A stretch of DNA of 64,000 nt. Source: Vezdaea acicularis (Eukaryota). A program made the position numbers and the translations under genes. The notes under the pieces were generated by a model. That model worked only from the letters and a program-made list of their open reading frames with translations, made no database searches and was not told the DNA's origin. The number at the start of each line of letters is the position of its first letter. Positions within the stretch are counted from its first letter, which is position 1. The DNA lies in contig JAPEUI010000027.1 of assembly GCA_026025075.1 (NCBI GenBank), positions 1 through 64,000 of the forward strand, written 5' to 3'. Shown here in pieces: positions 1-13,300 of this stretch.

Positions 1-387
1 CCCCCTCCCCCCCCCCCCCCCACCTCTCTCACCATTTCACTAGTCATGATCCGCAACCTCCCTTTTTGGTAGACTTGATATAGTAACTCTTGTTTCTTTC
101 TTCTACTGATATCTCTCCCTAGCTCCCCCGCCCCACCAACCCACCCCGAAACCAGGCCCTAATTCTTGACCCAAGCCAAGCACATTCCTGAAAAGGGAGT
201 ATCCCATGCCCTCAAGGGAAAAAAAAAGCCGTATGTTATCCGATGCATTACCACCGCAGCCAAGAAACGCGAAGAATGAAAAACGCCACGCCACACTCCC
301 CAATCCTCTACCCAAAACGCCGTCCCCACACACCCGAACGAAAACAAAAAAACGAACTCCCCCGTCCAACTTCACGCCCTCCATCCC

Positions 388-1260
388 CTACGAGCCCCTC
401 AACTGAACCTGCGTCATCCTCGTACCACCAGCCTTCCGAATCTTCTCCTCGAGCTTACCCTCATGATCGAGTTCCGCGATATCGTCGCCGCCGCCAAGCG
501 AGACGCCCTGGACGAGGACATTGGGGACGGTGGCGCGGCCGGTTCGTTTGGCGAGGAGGCGCTGCAGGAGGGGGCCGAGGGGGTGTTGGTCGAGTTCGAC
601 GACGAAGGGGGTGGGCCGGATGTTGTACCGGTCGAGGAGGATGTGTTTGGCTTTGGTGGAGTGGGGGCAGTAGGATTTGGAGAAGATGATGACTTGATTG
701 CGTTAGCTTTTTGGGGGGCGGAAGGTGAAGGGGAGGGGGAAGGAGGAGGAGGAAGTACCAGGGGATTTTTTGAGGATGCTGTTGAGTTCGGCGGCGGTGC
801 GGTGTTCCTCCTCGGTTTCGTCGTCGGCGGCGTCGGGCTGGATCGGGGCTTGTCCTTCTTTCGGGGGCATTTTCTTGCGGCCGGCGACGCTGCGCTCTTC
901 CTCTTCCTCCGTGACCTGCCACTTGCCTTCTGTTCCCATGGGTGGCTGTTCGGGCTTCAAGGGCAGTTTGCGATCGGCGGCTTGTTTGGCGGCCACTTCG
1001 GCGTCTTTGAGACGGTCTTTGATCGGCTTGTCGGGCGCGATGTAGTCGGCTTGTCCGCCATCTTCGCCGCTGGAGTGTGAGGTCGAGGGCGTGTCCGGGG
1101 TGGCGTGTTTGGCGTTCAGGGCGGCTTCGGTTTTGCGGGCGAAGGCGGAGTCGTGCGGGGAGTGGGTGTCGGAGGTGGTATACAGGATGATGCAGAGGAG
1201 GAGGGTGAGGGCGAGCGCGGTCACCTTTATGCGGCGCGTCGAGGGCATCATGGAGGACAT
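388..1260 (-). CDS. Membrane-anchored monothiol glutaredoxin (Grx6/Grx7-like), 2 exons
   Basis: N-terminal TM (VTALALTLLLCIILY). After intron 758-693 (GTACTT..GCTAAC..AAG) reads KSPVIIFSKSYCPHS...RATVPNVLVQGVSLGGGDD, i.e. CPxS active site, TVP and GG motifs. Stop at 388. Start could be 1248/1251. Confidence 0.85.
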
Positions 1261-1699
1261 GGGTAGAGATGTTTCGGTGCGAGGGGAGGTGCGGTGACGT
1301 GAGGGTGCTGGATGGCGATGCTTCGCGACGGAGATTGAGGGTGCGGAGTAATGCAGAGTTTCTCGTTCCTGCGTCGGCGTCGGGAGTAGTGGTGGACTGC
1401 GCGCTGCAACAAGCTGTAGATGTAATGCTAAGCTAGATGTCGGGGAGTTCAAAATATTGAATGGTACTTCAAAATTGATGGTATCTTATTGATACTGGTG
1501 ATAGAAAAGGGAGGGATTTGAGCGAAGCCAGTGAATAATTATTCAGAGAAGCGTGATGGAGGCTGCTAGCAACGGCCAAGTGAATGCGATAGCAAACGCA
1601 GACGCAATGCAAGAGCGAAAGACCATGAATATGGGAATGATGGAAGAAGAAGAGGGGAGTTTTCTTTACAACGAAAGAGCTCTCTCTTTCACGGCAGCC

Positions 1700-2512
1700 T
1701 TGTCCGTCCCATTCTCCCCAATGAGCGCATAAATCGCGAACGGGAGGTGCGGATAGGCCTCTGGCAGGCCCCTCGGACTTTGGGTCGGCCCCGGCATCCA
1801 GCAGAGGGCCCCCTGCCACGGCCGCCCTTCCCCACTACCAGAGCACCCCCCGTCCCTCAAGCTAACGGGGGGGGGCAAGGGCTCGGGCTAGGGCCTTCCA
1901 GGAAAACAATTTACCGAGCTCCAGCCTGGCTTCGGCTCCTCGCGCCTGCCATTGGCCGGAAGTCGGTGCCTGGACAAGCCACCGGAATCTGGGCAGGCTA
2001 CCCCCAGGGGGCGCGTCGCATGCACGATCGTGATGCATAGACTGAGGACAAAAGCTTGTCCGTATGCACGCACCGAGCACTGAGGTCATCTCGTACTGAT
2101 AGAAGGGGGACGGGAAGAACGGGTGAATGGACATAAAATGGCTATCAGTTGTTTACTGATGTCTGCATTGGGGGAAAGGGCATGCGCGACTTTTTTCCTG
2201 TTCGAAACAAAATGTTGAACGTCGTTCGACTTGTGGCTTCGAGCGAACGAGCGTCAGGGTCTGGGGAAAAGCGGGCTATGCCTGTTCGAGCCCGCGATGA
2301 ACTCCTGAGCCGCGGATTCTCCCGAGAAATAATGGAAGTGCCGTGCCTTGATGATGAACTCTTAGCTCTCGAGCTCGGGCTCTGTTAGCTACGGATATTG
2401 CTTCTGCTGTCTGCCTCGCCGGTATGAGTACGCCTAGGTCGGTTCCTCTGGATTTGAGTTCAAGGTCGGGTACCAGTTCATGCGCGGGATAGCAGACGGG
2501 CATCGTCTGATG
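1700..2512 (+). ncRNA. Candidate long structured non-coding RNA (identity unknown)
   Basis: GC-rich intergenic block with several long-range complementary helices (1708-1723/2166-2180, 2190-2198/2263-2271, 2291-2303/2475-2488). Most G-U wobbles favour the + strand. No credible ORF. Confidence 0.35.
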
Positions 2513-3199
2513 GATACCATTTCAAATGATGAAGGTAGAAATATAGTGGAAAACCCGTAGTCTTGGTAGAAATCAAAGCCTTCAAACTAAAATTTCTTCT
2601 TCGGTGACGCGTCCTAACGAGGAAGATGCACTGCCAAGGGCAACGTGAAAGCGTGGAAGCGTTCATGAAAGCGTTCGTGCAAAGAAGTATCCTTCAACAG
2701 TAGCTTCCGAGTCTCGCATCGAGTGCATCACATGCTTTCGTTCCAACATGTTTCGGGAGGACGGCGTGCAGACCAGGTTACAAATACTGCTTCGAATACG
2801 AGTATCCAAAGCGGATGGATAGCCTGCGGAATACATCGAGCCGAACCAACAAACAACGTCATCCATCTCACGCACGATGCAGAGGGGTGGCAACTGACGG
2901 CTTTTTCATTCGACAGCAAACCTAAGTTAGACTATTTCTACCTGATGACCGAACCGAATCCACCAATCGCCCTGACTAACCTAAACCCATGGGCAGCCCT
3001 GCTATAAACACACATGAGGAGGAAACGGCCAGCCCTGAAGGAAAACCCACGCCATGCATGCCGGTTTTATGCTGTGCGACAAAGGAGAGGGGGAGAGAGA
3101 AAACCGTCTAATGACTAGAGAGATCACCTACGTACGGGCTTGTCTTTGCACTTGTCTAACCCCACCGCAGCGAAACGAGATGGGAGCCGGAGCGCCGTC

Positions 3200-6100
3200 C
3201 TACGATCTGGGCGATGAAGCCTTCGGAGGGAATGCCGGAGTTATCTCGTCGATCTGGCTTGGGGGCTTGTCTCCTTTGAGCGGTTCATCAGCCACGATCG
3301 GGTCATCCGGAGCCGTTTCTGGATGAATCTCCACTCCCTTGTTGGCCTCAAGCGCTTCTCGTCCACCTAGATAGCCGAATGAGCCCTGATCGCTGTGAGC
3401 TCGGTCAATGGGAGACCACCCCGCAATGCTTCCAGCGACGATACCGGCCATGGCTGCAGCAGGACCGAATGCCGAGTTTGATCTGGAGCGGCCACGACGT
3501 CGGCTGCGCGATTCGGGCGTTCTCGGGGCATGGGATGAGCTACTACCCTCGTCGTGGCTATTTTCCCTGACGGGCGTCCTAGGGATAGAACTGCTCCGAG
3601 AGACTGCCGAGGAATGAAGTATGACCTCACGAGGATGCGAGATGGCGAACTTGATCTGATTAAGACGACCGCCTCTGAGTCGCCTCAAAAACACAAGCTC
3701 TTGTCTGATCTCTTGAAGCGCCGGATTCCATTCGAAGCGCTGCTCGTCTTCCGGGTCTGTCTTGGGTTCGGATTTACGCAGCCAGCCATAAGGCACGAGT
3801 TTGAGAAAAAGCTCGTCCGGAATAAGGCGTATGATCATGCCTACTGGTATGGAAAAGGCACCGAGGACAAGCGAGTAAGCCCATTGAGCACCGTTAAGGC
3901 GTCTGACGGAGAAAGCTCGGCCGCCAACAAAGACGATCATAACCTGGCCGGCAACTATAATGACATTGATGCCGATAAAGAAGTAGTTCTTGGTGAGACC
4001 TTCGAAGATATTGAAGTTGTTATCCAGACGACGGCAACTGTATTTGATTAGCTCTAAATATCCTTCAATGATCTGCGCCAGGGCCTTGGAACTTACTTCC
4101 ATTGATTGAAGATTTGCATCCAAACGAACGTGTTGAAAACAAGCGTTTGTAGTTGGCTGAGTTCCCGCGCGCTCGTGTAGGAAAGAATGGAGGTTGCGCC
4201 GAAGTTTAAGATGAGAGTAACAACCAGTTGATATATAGTTTGCCCAATTATCATTTTCCACATGGTTATAGTGATCAAAGGAGCAGATTTGGGATCCGGT
4301 TTCCTGTCTAGAATGCTTGGCAATGGCGGGTCCGTCGCGAGCGCAAGTGCAGCGAAGGTATCCATTATGAGATTCACCCATAGGAGCTGCACGGCTGTCA
4401 AAACGGACGTTTCACTGCTGCTAGCCACGGCAGACACAAAGGTGAGTATGACGGCTGTGATGTTGACCGTTACTTGGAATTGCAGGAACTTCCTCACAGC
4501 ATCGTTGACAGCTCGGCCCCATGCCATGGCTTTGACGATAGAGGCAAAATTGTCGTCCATGAGGATGATCGAAGAAGCTTCCTTGGCAACTTCTGTCCCT
4601 GAAATACCCATAGAGAATCCGACATCGGCTTTCTTCAAGGCAGGGACGTCATTGGTGCCATCACCAGTGACAGCTACTGTCTCTCCCATATCCTTGAGGC
4701 GTTCGACAAGGATTTCTTTATCTTTTGGGCTAGATCGTGCCAACACTTGCAAACGAGGTATGATCTCCCTCATCTCGGTACGGCCTAATCTTCGAAATAT
4801 CGGACCTTCCATTACAAGACCTCCCTTGGTGTAAATGCCGCACTCTTGACCAATAGCTTTAGCTGTCAGAACATTATCGCCAGTAACCATGCGAACAAAG
4901 ACTCCGGCATGACGGCAGGTCATGACTGCTTCCTTCACGCCTTCTCGCAGTGGGTCTTGGATACCAACAATGCCAAGAAATACCATGTTCTTGAAAATAT
5001 CATCGAAGTATGCTTGACTTGGATCGTCCCTTAGTGTCCGGGCTCCAGAAGGTGGCCATTGGCTGAAATCGCGGTAAAGTAGCCCAATAGTTCTGAGAGA
5101 GCGAGATGCGTACGCAGTTATGACGCGATTAAGCGTTGCTATGTTTTCGTGTGTAATGGATACATGTGATATCTCTTTCGTAGGATCGCGAATTATTTCC
5201 GTGCAGGCTCGTAAGAGTATTTCTGAGGCTCCTTTGACGTACATTCGGAACGTCTTATCGTCCAGCTTTACAACAACGGCCATGCACTTTCGTGCAGAAT
5301 CAAAGGGGAGTAATTGGACTATGCTAGCATTAGATCTTTCAATGCCAACTGGTCCCATGCCGAAGTGATCGCGACCAAATCCGAGGAGCGCTGTCTCAGT
5401 CTTGGAACCGATGAATGTGACCTGACCATTCTCTTCAGCTTCAAAAGCCGTAGAATTGATGGCTACGGATTGCTCATATAGCTTTTGGACTTCAGGTGCC
5501 AGAGTTGAAACGAATTCTGCAGCAGAGATGTCTTCTTCATCTTCGTAGTCCGAAGCCGGTTTTCCGCCTTTCGGTGTGTCCTCGTCGTCTGGTGGAGCGA
5601 TATGTCTATCTCCAAAGCGACTGGAAGTCCCGAATGTTGCAGCAACTACACTCATCTTGTTCTGCGTCAAAGTCCCAGTCTTGTCAGAACAGATCGTTGT
5701 TGCGTTACCCATAGTTTCACAAGCCCTGAGTACTCGAACAAGATTATTGTCCTTAAGCATCCTTGTCGTCGCGAAGGCCAAGGCGAGCGTAACAGCTAAA
5801 GGTAATCCTTCGGGAACAGCAACCACCACAATAGTAACAGCAACAATGAAGATTTGCAGGAATTGCTGAGCTTTTTGAGATGGAGTGGCATGATTTTGAG
5901 GCAGCTTCGCCAAAAATTTGATCAATGTGACGACGAAGAGTAGTAGACCTGCCGCGCCACCCAACTTTGCAATATACTCCGCCAAGGTGTTAAGTTTCGA
6001 TTGTAGAGGAGTAGCTTCCGTCTCGACCTGAAGAGAAAGCATAGTTTTTCCATAACTTGAGTGTATACCAACGGATGTGACGAGAAACGTCCCGACACCC

Positions 6101-7500
6101 TCACTTACTTTGCCTCCAGACACGATGAAAGGGTCCAGCTTTTTGACGTCTTCGTTGTTTCTGATAGCTCGATAGACTTGATCCCCTGGCTGTTTCTTAC
6201 AGAGATCTGACTCTCCGGTAGCGGAAGATTCATCACACTTGACGTTGTGACCACTGATAAAGATTCCATCGACAGGTATCAAATCCCCAGCTTCCAGGTT
6301 CATGACGTCTCCAGCATATATATCGTAGACAGAAACTTCCATTGGTTTGCCGGATCGAACAACTTGAACGTACCTATCCTCCTTTTTCTTGTTTAGCCGA
6401 ACAAACTGTCTCTCCTTTTGGAAGTCGTTTCCAGCACCGACAACAACCACAATGACGATAGCAACAACGATTGCTACACCCTCAACCCACTCGATCCGTG
6501 CCTCCCCATTCGGGTGTGGTTGGAAGGTCTGGTAGAGCCCGAGCGCGAGAGATATGACAGCAGCAACCGTTAAGATAATGAGGACTTTGTCGTTATACGC
6601 TATCCAAGCCAAAGCAAATATTGACTTAGGTTTTCTCTCTGGTAATCGATTATCCCCAAATATCCGCTTTCTATCGGAAAACTTATCTTCAGCTCGGTCG
6701 TTGGCGTGGCTTGAGGAAGCTGTATTCGTGGCCGTGACATGGTTGCCCTCAGATGTTTCTGGATGCCCTGTTACTCCGCGGTGTATGCTCTCAAAAGGGA
6801 TTGTGCCTTCAAGAGTGTATTCATCATTACTTATTCCGCTCCGTCTGTCGGTTCGAAGACCTTTTTCTATCCCTTCAAGACCTCCCAGAGCGTAGAAGGC
6901 AGAGAGGCTCTTTGGGTTCAATAACTTCGCTAACTGTCCTGGGGTGAAGGCAAATCTATTGTCTTCGACTTTGAAGTCTTTCTCTGTTCCGGGATCCTCC
7001 TTAAGTGCGTCAGGGTCATTGATAATCGCACCATTGTCGAATGATTCTGGCACCTCACGAAGATTCTGGCCCTTGCTAGAGTTCGAGGCTCCAACAACAG
7101 TGTCCCCGCCAACAGAAGTCGCTGACAGATACTCATCCTCGGAATCAGTGGAGTTAGCCCTTGATCGTGAGCCAGGCACTGCTAGGAAATTGCGAGGCAT
7201 TTCGTTGATCCTCGCATTTGACAACAGAGAATTGTATGGCGAGGTTGGTCTGCTGCCCGCAGACGTTCTCGCATGAGAATAAGATTCGGTCGGGGATGTT
7301 TGAGTGCGTGGATCAAGAGATTCGTCCTCCTGGTCCTCCTGTGCCAAGGCGAGTGACGCGTTAGGAAGTGATTGTAAAGGGATAGACTCAGGCGCTGAAT
7401 AGCTATGAAAATCACTAACAGCAGTTGTATCAATGGTGATGGTCGGTGCGCGTTGCCTCCGACCATTACCAGCAGAACCCCCAGTCTCCCTTTTGTCCAT
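3200..7500 (-). CDS. PMC1: Vacuolar/PMCA-type P-type Ca2+-ATPase (type IIB), 2 exons
   Basis: DKTGTLT phosphorylation motif, TGES, VPEGLPLAVT, GDGTND and QLLWVNLIMDT. Intron 4096-4038 joins ..FNQWN|CRRLDN. Confidence 0.95.
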
Positions 7501-9428
7501 ATTGGGATGTAGAGAGCCTTGACTTGTGTTGAACTTCAAGAGCTTTGCCTCGTAATGAACTTTAAGAGGTTTGAATTGTGACGAGCTTCAAAGAGCCAGA
7601 GTACCAAGCTGCTTGACCGTGGTATGCGATACCAGCATGCGCGTAGACGAATATACGGTATCTGCCACTAGCTCGAAAGTGATTGTGAGGCTCTGTTTGG
7701 GGGGCCAACGCGCTGACCGTAGTTCGCGTCCACCCTAGAGCCACAACGTTGGCAAGCCAACTTTATCAGAGAAGCGTGAAGAAGGGTTTGTTTGTCGAAG
7801 AAGGGTATACTTAAGTAGCCGAGTGTACCCAGCTCTAATAGTGGATTCCAACATCGGTCAGCAACGGTGTTGGTAAGAGGAAGTGTCCTTCAAGTATACA
7901 AGCAATACATCAATCGGCTCCACATCAACAACATGAGAACAATGAAAACGTATATCTTGTGTTCACAAGATATTTCCTACTCCAATAGAAAACTACCCAA
8001 CCAGGCTCACCAAAGACTCGGTACCACCGAAACTACGCCGTACCACTTCCTCCGCCTGCCCTCCCCGAGATGGGCAGACTTTCTTTCAACCAACGGCCGG
8101 TCGATCACCGTCGCGGTAAGAAGGGCCGTCCTCGTCATGCACATTTGCCCAGCAAGACTCTTTGCTCACAGCGAGCGGACCTGCCGTTTCGAAGGTGCAC
8201 CAATGGGGAATAGGGAGGATGAAACGGAGGTTGCGAATCGATCATAACTCTGCAGAGCGGAGGGAAGCGATGGGAAGCTCGGGGGTCATTGGCGCAGCAG
8301 TGAAAGGCCTGGACGGTGATGATTGCTATCGACCGGGAAGAGAACGGAAGTCGTTGACAAGACAGCGAGCTCAACTGCTTGGCATAGACGGAAGCGGCAA
8401 GGTGTCGAGAGAGATATAGTGCAGCGCCGCCTTGTCCTCGTTCCACTAACTCCCTGCCAGCAAGCTACCGGAAGAGCCAGGGACGAGGACGACGCGAGCA
8501 GATGGGGCGCAGCAAAATAGCCTAGCGCGTCGTATTTGCTCAAAGACCATCGTGCGCCTGAAATTTGCGGTATCGATATGCATTCATCGGCCCCCTCCAT
8601 TTCACATATATATGAACTTGGGCTTCTGCCCTTTCTAGTCGCACCTTATATCTCCGACTCAATAATCGAGATAATCGGAGAAATTGAGCCTCAAGTCGTG
8701 ACCTCATGCCAAGCCCGCTACATCACGGCACGCTCTTGGAAAGAAAAGCAACGAAATGAAATCTCGACGGCAGACTGCAATCGCTCTCCATTCTGCTCCG
8801 GACTCATCCTAAGCACAAATCGCCTTTAAGGCCTCTATTGTCCTCAAAGTGCAGGAATAGGAATGCAGGATCCTACTTGTACTCATCACAACGCTAGCGC
8901 TCCTATCCATAACTTGGCCTCTGGACCTCCAATCAGGTCCCTTATGATCCCGTGATTATTTGAACCGCTTGGTCTACCATGAGAAGCTTAAATATCTTCA
9001 CGTTAAGTAATCCGCCGGTGGTTCCGGCAATTGAGTGGGGTTGCTTCCTGGGATGGAATCGCTACCGAATAAAAACTCTCATCCCCGACGTCCAGAATTG
9101 AAAAGGGCGCTTTTTTAGCCACAGCTGCTTCGAGTTACCAGCGAGAGCATAGGCGGAATAAAGGCCGGTGATGGAAGCCAGATTTCTAATAAGCATTGGG
9201 CTTTCTCATCATATCCCTCATCATCATGAGCATCTCCTCGGAGTGCAAGAGAGGCGGGCATCTTGAATTGACAATGTGACCCTACGTCCGTCATTTCCGA
9301 TAGGCGTGATCGCATGACCCTGAATCTCAACCAAGATAAAAGGAGCCTACTCCTCCATACGAAATGCAATAAACTAAACCTAAATTCCCCATTGACCCCC
9401 AACCCCTATAAAACCCCAAGTCCAAGTA

Positions 9429-10265
9429 ATGTCCAGCGAAACAATAAACGAGTATGGCTTCACAGCCGTATCCCGCGACCCCGACGTCCTTCTTAGCGGT
9501 AAGAAGAACATCAAAGCTCCCTCTCCCATCCTAGTAAAAGACATACCATTCCCACAGACCGCACTAGCGCTCCAAGTGCAAGCGCACGCGCAGAAGGAGC
9601 TTCCCCCAAAAGTCTACAACCACAGCATGCGGGTATTCTACTACGGTACGCGCCCGTGAAACAAGCGCCTGCATTTTGTGAGGCTTGACTGAAAGTACTC
9701 AGGGCAAGCGATTGCACGCGAACAGTTCCCCGAGTGGAAATATTCTGCCGAGACATACGCTTTGACGTGCCTCCTACACGACATTGGCGCGACTCCGCAA
9801 AATCTGCGGGCGACGCTCCTTTCTTTCGAGTTCTGGGGTGGCATCTACGCGTTAGACTTGATCGAGAAGGAATTGAAGGCGCCGAAGGAGCAGGGCGAGG
9901 CTGTAGCGGAAGCAATCATAAGGCATCAGGATATTGGGACTAGTGGGAAGATAACGACTCTAGGACAGATTCTACAGTTAGCCACGATATTTGGTAAGTT
10001 CAAAATTATTTGCATGTGGTCTCCTTATTTAGTATGTCATCTAACTCGAAGTTTAGATAACATAGGCTCTCATGAAGATCTAGTCCACCAGGAGACTATT
10101 CGGGATGTGACAAGCCACTTCCCTCGCAACAAATGGTCATCCTGCTTTGCCGAAACCATCAACGAGGAAAAAAGCCTCAAACCCTGGGCGCACACAACAG
10201 CGCTTGGCGAGGAGGACTTTCCGAATGGAGTCTTGAACAACAAGCTCATGGAGCCATATGATTAA
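9429..10265 (+). CDS. Cyanamide hydratase (urea hydro-lyase; HD-domain, DDI2/DDI3-like), 3 exons
   Basis: YNHSMRVFYYG, CLLHDIG (HD motif), SFEFWGG, EAIIRHQD, QLATIFDN and KPWAHTT. Introns about 9647-9702 and 9993-10057. Confidence 0.9.
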
Positions 10266-10389
10266 GCGAGTCGAGATAATTCGATTTACCATACTCCTCC
10301 AATGCTCGCTCGAAATCCAGATGAGTTATGTAAAAAAACCCCGGCCCACTTTTGTCGTTGTCAAGTATCATAGCTCCTTATTTCGACCG

Positions 10390-13300
10390 TTACTGCGTGC
10401 CTTTCGTCGGTTTTACTGTCCAGATATCAAGCGTAGATCCTGCGCCAGCTATCTTGCTGCCCCCTTTCCTTGAGGAGCCACGCTCCTTTGCTGCAAGAAG
10501 CGCCTTACTAGAATATGCTAGAGCATCAACAAGCTCTCTTAGCCTCTCCGCATCAATAAAAGCTGCCAAAAGGTCCTTCTCGCTGCGTACGATTGTGTTG
10601 GAAAGATTCATGCATTGCAAAAGGTTATCTCGACTTAGAGCATGGCCTGCGCCATACAAGACGCTGTGGTAAGCCAGAAATATTTCGGGAAGGTAAATTC
10701 TGCGGATGACTGCTAAGCCGCCTTTATCGAGACCCCTTTTGAGAAACTTGAACGCGACCTTCTGGCTTACACTCCCTTCATCCAGTAAGTCAAATGAGCT
10801 CAGGGCATCATCCTGGAGCCAGCCATGGGTTAAATCATCTATACTCCTTTGCAGATGATTTAGAGTGTTTTGAGATCTCGCTTTCCAGTTTCTCATGGCG
10901 GCAGAACTGAGAGTGGATGAGCTAAATGAAACAACGACGTTAGTAAAGTTCGAGACAGAAGCAAGCCGACTTTATCTCACCGTGGTTGTTGACCAAGCAC
11001 TATAGCATGTTCCTCGAGGCATGAAAGGGTCGTTGTTAATGCTTCGAAGTGGACGTAAAGTCTCATGTGCTGGTACAAAACGAAGAGCCGATCCTGCAAA
11101 TCATGTAATATGCCTTGAGACTCATATTCTCTACAATGACTACCAACATCAATTGGTTCCCCCAATAGCTCTCTTGAAAGAGCGCATGATATATCTGTGC
11201 TCCGCATGCGTTCGGAAAGTAGCCTCGCGGCTCCTAAATGCCCTTGAGCTATAGTAGAAGTTTTATTAGTTTATGAAGATATAGAAGACGATTCACACTG
11301 CTTACAGAAGAAATGGTAGTACAATGAAGCGCCAACGAAGAAAGTTTCTCTCCAGTGGTCTATGGTGTGCAATTCAGCAAGTAGGTACCATTCAAAGCTA
11401 CTGATAAGAGCCCGTTGGTCTTCGGTTGGTGCGCCAATAAATTGTCTTTTAGTTTCCCGAATCGGTGTATTCGGATTTGGTTCTTCCAAGATCTTGATCT
11501 GCGAAGAGCGATGCTGCGGCGTTTCTCTGAAGCTGGGACGTTCTAGAACGTAAGCAAGCTGTGAACGAGCCACCTGCAGTGGGTCTATGCCAACGTTTTT
11601 CATCAGCTTGACTTGATCTCTCCGTTCTTTTGCGAGCGTAACATCTATCAAGAGTCTGCCCAAAACCTCCGCTCCTCTATCTTTTGAAAGGCAAGAAGCG
11701 TACAAGGGCAAAATGCTCATCTTCCCTGCTGTGCGCAAAAAGCCCATGTATGCAACGATGATGTTCTCCGTAGCAACCTCAGCTTTTCCATGCCCAAAAT
11801 TGAGACCAAGATCTTGATAGATGATAAGAATATGAGCAATGACGCGTAGCCCATCATGATCTATGTATGAGATAAACTTGTTATTCTTCCAATTAGGTGT
11901 CTCGCCGAGTCGGGGCATAATGCTATCAAGCCGAGGTATTATAGCTGAATCGGACTCTGCGTTTGCCAATTCCGCGAAGGATAGCCCCTGCTGATAGGCG
12001 AAATTGCTGAAGTCATTTGCGATGAGTACACCTTGTACTATCTTCATTGGTTGCTCCGCATCTTGCTGAAAGCGTCTCTCTTTTCTAAGTGTATCTATTA
12101 TACGCTTCCCAGCATCTTTATCATCACCATGATACTGGATGGAATCGAAGATGGGAAACTTTCGAACAGTCGCTGGAGAAAGCCTCCTGGGATAGTTCGT
12201 GGCCAGAAAGCTATCAAAGCCACTGAGTAGAAGGGAATTGTAATGAGCGTAAAGAAAGTCATCCCAGGATTGACACACTTTCAGGACGCTCTCAAGGTCC
12301 CCGCCAAGGAGGCCATAAACGGCTCTTTCGTATGGCTCTGTATCGGATTCTGTGTTGCGGGCAAGAGTATGACACATTCGTCTCCAGAGCGAATGAGATC
12401 GATTTCCTGTGAACCTCACATCCTCCGGCTTGATAGCATTATCGGACTGGTGCTCAGACTCGTCGATAAGCCGGAGCGAATGATTATCGATATTTCTCTG
12501 CCGAACTGGTTCTGGTCCTAGCATGCTGACGGCGCGCCAACCTTCCTTCCTATCTCGACACCAATCCCTTACTTTATCCCAATCGCTTCCACGGCGGAGC
12601 AGTTCCCAGCACCCAAGCCAGATTGCTCTCTCAAAGAATTCGTCAGCTTTTTCCAGTTTCCGTCCTTGTCTACTGACAGCATCGGGGTCCGCTTGCGTGG
12701 GAAGACTTTCGGTTCCATCCTCTCTCCTGTGATTTTCCAGCATTCCTGGCGCATTTGGATCGACCGGTCGTGTCCACGATCGAAGGCGCTTCTGTTTTTT
12801 GATGGCGAGGTTCGTGTGAAGACCGCCGCTAGCTGACAACGACTTTCCTCGTTCTGTTTGCTCATCAAGCTGCTCGACCAACAGGTCCAAGTCCTCACCG
12901 GCGCTTTCAGCTCCCATTTCCAACCACCTCATCACCGCGTTACGCTCACGGGCAAGATCATTCTTGATTAGGAATTGGCCCCACACTTTTTCTTCCGAGG
13001 AATAATCGTGAATCGTCGTAGAGTCCGATTCCATCTTCCTTGACTTTTTAGGAGGCTTTTCGAGATCAGGATACTGACAGCGAAGCATGATATGAAGAAG
13101 TTCCCATGTGCGTGCTTCTTCTTCCCAATGCTTCAAATCATCGACTGTTGTATTTACGCGTGGATCTGTATTCTCTTGGTCTTCTTCTGACTCGTCATCT
13201 TCGGCGTGTCCAGTACTTTCTAGAGAATCATCCTGCAAACCTTGGCCCGCTTGCCGCCGACGTTTCCTCCTTTGTGCGCGAAGCGATCTTCCATGATCTT

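Noticed and set aside
461..1080. Long antisense/alternative-frame ORFs (e.g. 463-1080 +, 34463-35053 -, 57903-58445 -, 32296-32739 -)
   Set aside because: Shadows of real genes on the opposite strand or frame in GC-rich or low-complexity coding sequence.
1950..2102. RNase P-like GGAAGTCGGTG and TACTGAT (P4) match
   Set aside because: Spacing is inconsistent with RNase P architecture and CR-II/III/IV are not evident, so no specific identity was assigned.
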